From contig NIVC01004150.1 in assembly GCA_002269645.1 (NCBI GenBank), forward strand, positions 1 to 57,864: a stretch of 57,864 nucleotides of DNA, written 5' to 3'. Made by a program: the position numbers and the translations under genes. The notes beneath the pieces are model-generated. The model was not told the DNA's origin. It ran no database searches and saw nothing but the letters and a program-made list of their open reading frames with translations. The stretch comes from Macrostomum lignano (taxonomy: Eukaryota). Within the stretch, counting starts at the first letter, position 1. Every line of letters begins with the position of its first letter. Of this stretch, positions 26,602 to 34,824 are shown in pieces.

Positions 26602-29600
26602 CTAGTTCCTGTTCTCCAGCCACTCCAGAACCTTCACCAGCAGATCCCTGGCGATGCCAGAAGCCTCCTGCACCAGCCTCTTGGCCAACTCGATAGCGGC
26701 CTGCTTGCCGTGCTCAGCCAGCTCCCTCAGGATGGCCTTGATCTGCTCCATGTCGATACCGATGATGTCCAGGATGTAGGCGTCGTCGTTGCGGTTCTCC
26801 AGCCACTCCAGAACCTTCACCAGCAGATCCCTGGCGATACCAGAAGCCTCCTGCAGCAGTCTCTTGGCCAGCTCGATAGCAGCCTGCTTGCCGTGCTCAG
26901 CCAGCTCCCTCAGGATGGCCTTGATCTGCTCCATGTCGATACCGATGATGTCCAGGATGTAGGCGTCGTCGTTGCGGTTCTCCAGCCACTCCAGAACCTT
27001 CACCAGTAGATCCTTGGCGATGCCAGAAGCCTCCTGCAGCAGCCTCTTGGCCAGCTCGATAGCAGCCTGCTTGCCGTGCTCAGCCAGCTCCCTCAGGATG
27101 GCCTTGACCTCCTCGATGTTGATACCGATGATGTCCAGGATGTAGGCGTCGTCGTTGCGGTTCTCCAGCCACTCGAGGACACGGATGAGGATGTCCTTCA
27201 AAGCTCCCTGGGCCTCCTGCAGCAGTCTTTTGGCCAGCTCGATAGCAGCCTGCTTGCCGTGCTCAGCCAGCTCCCTCAGGATAGCCTTGACCTGCTCGAT
27301 GTCGATACCGATGATGTCCAGGATATAGGCGGACCTCTGACGCTCCAGGATCTCGAGCACCTTGATGAGGATGTCCTTCAGGGCTCCTTGAGCGTGCTCC
27401 AGCATCCTCTTGGCCAGCTCGATAGCGGCGTCCATACCGTTCTGAGCGAGCTCCCTCAGGATGGCCTTGACCTCTTCGATGTTGATGCCGATCAGATCAA
27501 GAATGAACGGGCTCTTGTGAACTCCGAGCTTTCCCTCGATCTCCAGAATAATGATCTTCTCCATAAGTCTCATGAGCATATCCTTCATAATTCCCTGAGC
27601 TCCATCCATGAGCTCTTGAACCAGTTTCTTCGCAGCCTCAGTACCCTCCTCTCTTAGAGTCTCCATAATGCGATCGATGATAGACTGCTCATCAAAAGCC
27701 TGAATAGATTCGTTGCGATTCTCGAGCCACTCCAGAACCTTCACCAGTAGATCTTTGACAATGCCAGAAGCCTCCTGGATCATCTTCTTGGCCAGCTCAA
27801 TAGCGGCCTGCTTGCCGTGCTCAGCCAGCTCCCTCAGGATAGCCTTGACCTCCTCGATGTTAATACCGATGATGTCCAGGATGTAGGCGTCGTGGTTGCG
27901 GTTCTGCAGCCACTCGAGTACCCGAATGAGGATGTCCTTCAGAGCACCTTCGACGACCTCCTGCAGCAGCTTCTTGGCCAGCTCGATAGCGGCCTGCTTG
28001 CCGTGCTCAGCCAGCTCCCTCAGGATGGCCTTGACCTGCTCGATGTCGATACCGATGATGTCCAGGATGTAGGCGGACCTCTGACGCTCCAGGATCTCGA
28101 GCACCTTGATGAGGATGTCCTTAAGAGCTCCTTGGGCTTCCTCCAGCATCCTCTTGGCCAGCTCGATAGCGGCCTGCTTGCCGTGCTGAGCGAGCTCCCT
28201 CAGGATGGCCTTGACCTCCTCCACGTCGATGCCGATCAGGTCCAGGATGAAAGCGTCGTCGTTGCGGTTCTCCAGCCACTCCAGAACCTTCACCAGCAGA
28301 TCCCTGGCGATGCCAGAAGCCTCCTGCAGCAGTCTCTTGGCCAGCTCGATAGCGGCCTGCTTGCCGTGCTCAGCCAGCTCCCTCAGGATGGCCTTGATCT
28401 GCTCCATGTCGATACCGATGATGTCCAGGATGTAGGCGTCGTCGTTGCGGTTCTCCAGCCACTCCAGAACCTTCACCAGCAGATCCTTGGCGATGCCAGA
28501 TGCCTCCTGCAGCAGTCTCTTGGCCAACTCGATAGCGGCCTGCTTGCCGTGCTCAGCCAGCTCCCTCAGGATGGCCTTGATCTGCTCCATGTCGATACCG
28601 ATGATGTCCAGGATATAGGCGGACCTCTGACGCTCCAGAATTTCGAGGACCTTGATGAGGATGTCCTTCAGGGCTCCTTGAGCGTGCTCCAACATCCTCT
28701 TGGCCAGCTCGATAGCGGCGTCCATACCGTTCTGAGCGAGCTCCCTCAGGATGGCCTTGACCTCCTCGACGTCAATGCCGATCAGGTCGAGAATGAATGC
28801 GTCGTCATTGCGGTTCTCCAGCCACTCGAGGACACGGATGAGGATGTCCTTCAGAGCTCCCTGGGCCTCCTGCAGCAGCCTCTTGGCCAGCTCGATAGCG
28901 GCCTGCTTGCCGTGCTCAGCCAGCTCCCTCAGGATGGCCTTGACCTGCTCGATGTCGATACCGATGATGTCCAGGATGTAGGCGGACCTCTGACGCTCCA
29001 GGATCTCGAGCACCTTGATGAGGATGTCCTTCAGAGCTCCCTGAGCGTGCTGCAACATCTTTTTGGCCAGCTCGATAGCGGCCTGCTTTCCGTTCTGAGC
29101 GAGCTCCCTCAGGATGGCCTTGACCTCCTCCACGTCGATGCCGATCAGGTCCAGGATGAAAGCGTCGTCGTTGCGGTTCTCCAGCCACTCCAGAACCTTC
29201 ACCAGTAGATCCTTGGCAATGCCAGAAGCCTCCTGCACCAGCCTCTTGGCCAGCTCGATAGCGGCCTGCTTGCCGTGCTCAGCCAGCTCCCTCAGGATGG
29301 CCTTGATCTGCTCCATGTCGATACCGATGATGTCCAGGATGTAGGCGTCGTCGTTGCGGTTCTCCAGCCACTCCAGAACCTTTACCAGCAGATCCTTGGC
29401 GATGCCAGAAGCCTCCTGCAGCAGCCTCTTGGCCAGCTCGATAGCGGCCTGCTTGCCGTGCTCAGCCAGCTCCCTCAGGATGGCCTTGATCTGCTCCATG
29501 TCGATACCGATGATGTCCAGGATGTAGGCGGACTTCTGACGCTCCAGAATTTCGAGGACCTTGATGAGGATGTCCTTCAGGGCTCCTTGAGCGTGTTCCA

Positions 29601-29808
29601 GCATCCTCTTGGCCAGCTCGATAGCGGCGTCCATACCGTTCTGAGCGAGCTCCCTCAGGATAGCCTTGACTTCCTCCACGTCGATGCCGATCAGATCCAG
29701 GATGAAGGCGTCATCCTGCAGTTCACCCTTCGCTACCTCCTGCAGAGGAGCGGCCTGGGCAAAGGCGAATGCCAAAGAGGCGAGTCCTAGTAGAATCAAG
29801 AGTTTCAT
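26602..29808 (-). CDS. Secreted tandem-repeat polyprotein 1 (1068 aa, intronless): signal peptide + short pro-segment + 17 helical ~60-aa units (16 canonical, 1 divergent)
   Basis: Uninterrupted 3207-nt ORF starting MKLLILLGLASLAFAFAQA (n-h-c signal peptide, likely cleavage AQA/AP). Units are (F/Y)ILD(L/I)IGID..VLE(W/I)LE, with extreme G/C-ending codon bias. TATA box lies 48-55 nt upstream of the ATG. No gene name recognised. Confidence 0.92.
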   Translation of the reverse strand: MKLLILLGLASLAFAFAQAAPLQEVAKGELQDDAFILDLIGIDVEEVKAILRELAQNGMDAAIELAKRMLEHAQGALKDILIKVLEILERQKSAYILDIIGIDMEQIKAILRELAEHGKQAAIELAKRLLQEASGIAKDLLVKVLEWLENRNDDAYILDIIGIDMEQIKAILRELAEHGKQAAIELAKRLVQEASGIAKDLLVKVLEWLENRNDDAFILDLIGIDVEEVKAILRELAQNGKQAAIELAKKMLQHAQGALKDILIKVLEILERQRSAYILDIIGIDIEQVKAILRELAEHGKQAAIELAKRLLQEAQGALKDILIRVLEWLENRNDDAFILDLIGIDVEEVKAILRELAQNGMDAAIELAKRMLEHAQGALKDILIKVLEILERQRSAYILDIIGIDMEQIKAILRELAEHGKQAAIELAKRLLQEASGIAKDLLVKVLEWLENRNDDAYILDIIGIDMEQIKAILRELAEHGKQAAIELAKRLLQEASGIARDLLVKVLEWLENRNDDAFILDLIGIDVEEVKAILRELAQHGKQAAIELAKRMLEEAQGALKDILIKVLEILERQRSAYILDIIGIDIEQVKAILRELAEHGKQAAIELAKKLLQEVVEGALKDILIRVLEWLQNRNHDAYILDIIGINIEEVKAILRELAEHGKQAAIELAKKMIQEASGIVKDLLVKVLEWLENRNESIQAFDEQSIIDRIMETLREEGTEAAKKLVQELMDGAQGIMKDMLMRLMEKIIILEIEGKLGVHKSPFILDLIGINIEEVKAILRELAQNGMDAAIELAKRMLEHAQGALKDILIKVLEILERQRSAYILDIIGIDIEQVKAILRELAEHGKQAAIELAKRLLQEAQGALKDILIRVLEWLENRNDDAYILDIIGINIEEVKAILRELAEHGKQAAIELAKRLLQEASGIAKDLLVKVLEWLENRNDDAYILDIIGIDMEQIKAILRELAEHGKQAAIELAKRLLQEASGIARDLLVKVLEWLENRNDDAYILDIIGIDMEQIKAILRELAEHGKQAAIELAKRLVQEASGIARDLLVKVLEWLENRN

Positions 29809-29855
29809 TGTTGTCTTGGATGTGGTTTGTGAATAAATGGAGCTGAAAAGACTTG

Positions 29856-29863
29856 TATTTATA
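29856..29863 (-). promoter_or_regulatory. TATA box (TATAAATA) of polyprotein 1
   Basis: Perfect consensus, with a pyrimidine/A initiator-like CCATTT about 25 nt downstream and a short 5' UTR ending ACAACA-ATG. Confidence 0.7.
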
Positions 29864-31302
29864 CGTTTTTGAAACCGAAACCGCATGACAGGTTCTCAAG
29901 TTTTGAGTAGGCGTTGTGGAATGAAATTGTTGCTCATTCTGTTTTTGTAAGCGTTTTAAGTCACGAGTTGTCGCGTGTTGGAAGACGCGTTGCAGTGACT
30001 TTTTAATGATAAGGAATTTTCTGCTTTCCTTTCTAGCTCGTACTTCCCCCTCCCTGCTTTGTAAAATCTGGGTGGATGGTGTGAGCTATTTTGCACTGAA
30101 GCTGAATGTGAAAATACTTTTAATAGCTAAAATTTGTATGTTATGCGACGAACAATGTCCTTCAGCTTGTACGAAAAAATCACTAGTAAGCAATACCAGT
30201 AAGCAATGTAACCGCCAATCCAAATTGTTGTCAGCTGATTTTTAGTTAAAATAATCTCGATTATTGCGCATTAATATTGGAATTTTGATTTAGAACCGTA
30301 TCTAATTTTTTGTAAACAATGTCTTTTCTATTGGCGTTAAATTTATTTGCTGCCATTAACCTGCATGTATATACGAGCGTATCTTAGCTCAGTTGAGCCA
30401 GAGTATGAGAAAAGTATAGTAGATACGACAATTGTCAGTTTATCAGTGTGGTATTTGCCACTTGGCATCTCTATCAAATTCAGTAGCAAAATTTCGCATT
30501 GTTCTTTTTAATCTTTTATAAATCATTGGATCTGTCATTGGCAATAGAGTAAATAGTTAAAGTAGTTAAGCATATTCTCGGGCAAGGAAACTTTCTAAAT
30601 GCTTCTTTTAGTTACAAAATAATCCTTTTTTTGCACATGTTAGACTGCTCAATAACCTACGTGATCCCAGAACGATTTGACCAGATGTAAAAGACGTAAA
30701 TACCGCATGTTTAGTACATTCGTACCTTGTTACGAGTATCTAGTAGATTTTGACGCGACCTGGGGACTTGGGGGGGGGGGGTAATTCTCATGGACCCTGG
30801 CTCCGGTTCAATGCATTCATTCATTTCAAATTACTTTATGGGAAATTTTAGAAGAGTAAAGCTGTGAATCAAGCCGGTAGATTTTTTTATTCGGCAGTCT
30901 ACTTATATGGAAGCTTAGGGTGCAGAATATTGTAGCAATGGCGGAAAACTTTCGATGAAAATATTTATTTTTATTTGAAAATTCCACCTAACCACAAACA
31001 CAGCCTCGGTCGGACAAAAACTAAATTGAAACGCAAATTTTGTTGCTACAAGGTCTGAGCGCAGCACAGGAATTATAAAAATTGGCCAGGTTAATACATG
31101 CTCAGAAGTCTTCAAGCAGAGCTCGCAATAGCATCAGGGGTTGGAATGAATTTGTTGATTGAAGAAATCCCAGCTAAAGCAAAGCAGGTTAACGCACGCC
31201 AAATGTTCACAACACGTCCGTACACTTCAACGGGAGTTGACGCTAATTTTACAGTTTTTTTGTCAGCAGAAACACAAAAAACAATCTTAAAAATACCAGC
31301 CA

Positions 31303-31550
31303 CTAGCTAATTCTATTCTGGCCAATGCCGACCGCCCGGTTGTCATCCGCTGCTAGCCTGTCGGACTCTTCCCAGCGCTCTCTGACCACCGCCCGGAGTC
31401 GCTGTGTGTCAACGCGTGCCTGGCCAGCTTCGGCCAGCAGACGGGCCAGTCGGACTTCGCTGTCGCGCAGTTGCAGGTGGTTCGCGACTCGATTCTCTTG
31501 CTGGGCGGACTGCACGGCAGACTGCTGAGGCGGTCGCGCGCGACCCGCTA
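31303..31550 (-). other. Orphan exon-like coiled-coil coding segment of unknown gene
   Basis: GC-rich island in an AT-rich background; preceded by AAATTTTAG. Reads (A)GRARPPQQSAVQSAQQENRVANHLQLRDSEVRLARLLAEAGQARVDTQRLRAVVRERWEE...; no partner exons identified. Confidence 0.4.
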
Positions 31551-32232
31551 AAATTTGAAGAATTATGGGAAGAATTTTTGCCTTCTAATTAAAAAAACTA
31601 TAAGCATTCTATTGGAAGCTCACACCCAGAGCCCAGTGAGAGAGCTAATTTCCTTTGAAAGCGACGCAAATTAAGCGAAAAACACAGAAATCTTAATGCT
31701 GAGAAACTCAGGAAGAGGGGGAATAAATCCGAAATGGCTGGTGCTTCAAACAGCTGTCGCAAAACCGTCAGTTTTGCGTGATCGACAAGTTATAATGCCT
31801 TAACTTTTCGTTCTCTTTGTACATCCGTCGTGCAAATTGAAGGCTAAACTGATGGTGATGAAAATGAGCCTTAAATCCTGGCTAGATAATGATAAGTTAG
31901 ATAATTCATTTCACGAAACATAAAAACGTCAATCAATATGCCGACGTCGGTTATGGCTCAAAAACCAAATACCGCAGTACTCTCTTATAGTTTTCCAGAC
32001 AAGCAGAAGAACGGCAATGTGTGCAATTCTGCCAAGCGTCTGTAATTGTTCTAAAAAATAAAATTGTGCGCTTGAGAAAGTCACAAACACGCTTGATCTG
32101 TAAAAACTTCAACTAGGCTTTTGTGTCTGGGATTCTGGGAACCCATCCAGAATGCTAGGTTTCCGGCATCACATACTCTATAGACTGAGGGTTTGCATCC
32201 TTTTTGCATTTTAACATTAAAATCGGACAAAT

Positions 32233-32495
32233 CAGTGGCGTCGCCACCGGGGGGACATGTTCCCCCAGTAAAAGCTATGGGAGGACATACCAATCCCCCA
32301 CCCCACCTTGGGACCCGTTATGGAAATCAAAAAAAATTTTCTTCAGGACGCCAAAATGAGTGCCTGTGGCGCCAAAATGAGCGCTGACAACACCAATTCT
32401 CATAATAATGGACACGTAGGAATTTAGTCATGTACGTGTACATGTTGAATTCTTGGCTTTGTCGCTCCACCATAAAATCCATGGCGATGCCCCTG
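32233..32495. mobile_element. Non-autonomous hAT-type MITE, copy 1
   Basis: TIRs CAGTGGCGTCGCCA / TGGCGATGCCCCTG; 8-bp TSD GGACAAAT / GGACAGAT. The internal sequence is shared with 36325-36655. Confidence 0.85.
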
Positions 32496-33299
32496 GGACA
32501 GATGTCTACAAAAAGCTCTCTTTGTACTTTGCGGCGATAAAAAAATTCAGATTCATTAGCTACTACTTAAAATAGTAGCTACAACAGACAGACCATCATC
32601 AAGCTCTGAGTTTTGTCAAAGACTGAGAGCCAGCATAATTCAATGAAGCGTCAATAAATGTGGATTCAATTCAATTTATAATTCATAATTCAATAAATGG
32701 ATACCGTCTGACTGGAGCATAATTCGGTTCAAGTTCGGATGTCCAATTCTAGGCTCTTTTGCCTTTAAGTCGAGTTTCCCGGTCAGATCAATACTTGAGG
32801 TTATCATACAAAGCAATGGCAAATGTGGCAAACTGCAGTAACTATACGTGTCAGAGGGCAAGCCTGACGATTTTGTGTCTCATACCACTTCGCTTATCAG
32901 TTGCGCATGTTCCTTACATGTAATAAGTGAGCCATTGACAAGTTTCCAATATACAAAAACTATGGCGTGAAGTTTTTGCATAATATTTTAAGCGGGGAAG
33001 AATTCACGTCCTCGAGCATTAGCGTTTAGCGTGCTAGCGCACCCGTTCCAGTACATGTTGTACTGTAAATCGCATTTTACTACATGTATGCATGCGGCAC
33101 CATTCAAGGACAAGAGCTACCTTTTCATGCCAAAAGTAATAGGATTTTATATACTTTTGAGATAGGCCACTCATTGAATTCTAAGAAGCCAGAGAATCTC
33201 ATGTGAATTTGGCGAAAGCACCGGTTGTTAAACTACTGAACTCAATTTAACGAGCGTATATATGCATTGTTATCGTAGTTTAATCGCATTCAGAAAATA

Positions 33300-33570
33300 T
33301 ACTCAGCAACATTGAAAAGTCGCCACTCTATGCGCCAATGAGCAATTTCTCTTGGACTATTCTGAAATAAACTCTGAAACTGAGGCGTAGCTTTAATCCA
33401 TCTAACCCTCACACACCGCGATCCCCCGACTTCATTCCTCAACTCAAGTCTGCCGTGGCGTAGCTAAGTTGCGTCACTCGCAAAGATTGAGAGACTACCT
33501 GCACTCTAGAAAGTGACGACCACAGACGAAATCTTCTGTGATGGCGACTTTTCAATGTTGCTGCAGAGTA
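33300..33570. mobile_element. MITE with TA target duplication (Tc1/mariner/pogo-type ends)
   Basis: Perfect 22-bp inverted repeat CAGCAACATTGAAAAGTCGCCA (33304) / TGGCGACTTTTCAATGTTGCTG (33542-33563); termini TA|TACTC...GAGTA|TA. Confidence 0.75.
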
Positions 33571-34511
33571 TACTTTTAAAACGTGACGAAAACTATGAAT
33601 ACAAGCCGTGTCAACCAGTCTAGCATGTCAAGCGTGACAAAACCGTTTACAAGCTTGTTCGTCATTTTCTTTCGTGCTCTCGCAGATCTGACAGCTTTTG
33701 CTTCCAAACAGACTTTTCCGACTTTAGTCGCTGCCTCAACTGCAAGCGCATTCGTACCATCGTCACACCCTCCGTTCTTGGACACACGCATCTCAAAGTT
33801 AGATAGCCATGCTCATGTATGAAAGAATCCTTCATCCGAAGGCCATGCTTATTTTCAGTTGAATAACAAAACAACGTCGATGTCCAAAAAGCTATTTAAT
33901 TTAAAGCTCAGTACTACTGGTAGGTTTTTTGCCAAATCAAACAACTCACGGAATTTGTCCTGTCGCGACTTTCTAAATCGTTTCTAAGTTCATCTGCAGT
34001 TGTCTATGTTTACTCTGTTTTCTTTCCCTCTCTAGTCTAGTTCAATCTTTTTACTTTTATCTCTCTCCCTTGCTGCCTTCTGATTGGCTCTTCGATCTCC
34101 CCTTTTTCAAGTCGCACACTCCACCCCTCCTTGTCTTATCTTGAACTCAACCCCTCCCCCCCCTTAGTTTGACATAAATACATGTATACCCGTTTAGGCC
34201 CTGTACCCCACTTGCAGCTATTTTTGGTGTTCAACTCTATGAAAATCGCCCGCCGAGGTTTGCCCGCAATGCTTTTTTATACATTTAGCCATGCGGTAGA
34301 TTTTTTCTACATTGCCCCCCAGTACTTAGAAAATCTTAAGACAAATAATGTACACTCCCCGCCAATTTTACAGCACAAGCATCGCCGAACGGGCAGAATT
34401 GCCTCACCGCAGGTTTTGGGACGCTACCGAGGATGTTGCACCATGGTGTCCACATCCCATTTGCAATTGCTATTATTATGTGTATATATCTCGCCCATTT
34501 CAATTTCAATC

Positions 34512-34815
34512 GGGGTTGTAGCTTAGTGCTTAGTGGACTCACGACTGAAAGGTCGGGGGTTCTATTCTCGGCCTCATTCGGAACAATTTGTGTCCTTGAG
34601 AAAGACGCTTAACTCTGCATTGCTTCAGTTCACCCAGCTGTAAAATGGGTGCCAGCATTAGCTGGGGCAATTGAAAGTGTGTGTGTGACGACCCCCAGTC
34701 CTTGGACTGAACAGCCGTACGCAGCCTTCAGATGTGCCCGCAATAGCTGCGGCTGAGCTGTCGGTTGCACATCTGCCCATTTAGCAAGTGTAATCGAATA
34801 TTACTAATAATTATT
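34512..34815 (+). mobile_element. tRNA-derived SINE with CORE-like central domain
   Basis: Head GGGGTTGTAGCTTAGTG..GGTTCTATTCTC (A/B boxes). Body TGTGTCCTTGAGAAAGACGCTTAAC..CTTCAGTTCACCCAGCTGTAAAATGGG resembles the MIR/CORE consensus. AT-rich tail. Confidence 0.75.
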
Positions 34816-34824
34816 ACAATTATT

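Noticed and set aside
33760-33830. EHG..VCP motif (HEHGYLTLRCVCPRTEG) as the missing resolving-Cys exon of the peroxiredoxin
   Set aside because: The spacing is wrong, there is no AGW/W after VCP, and no suitable donor exists at the matching position of exon 3. Probably chance; RNA-seq would settle it.
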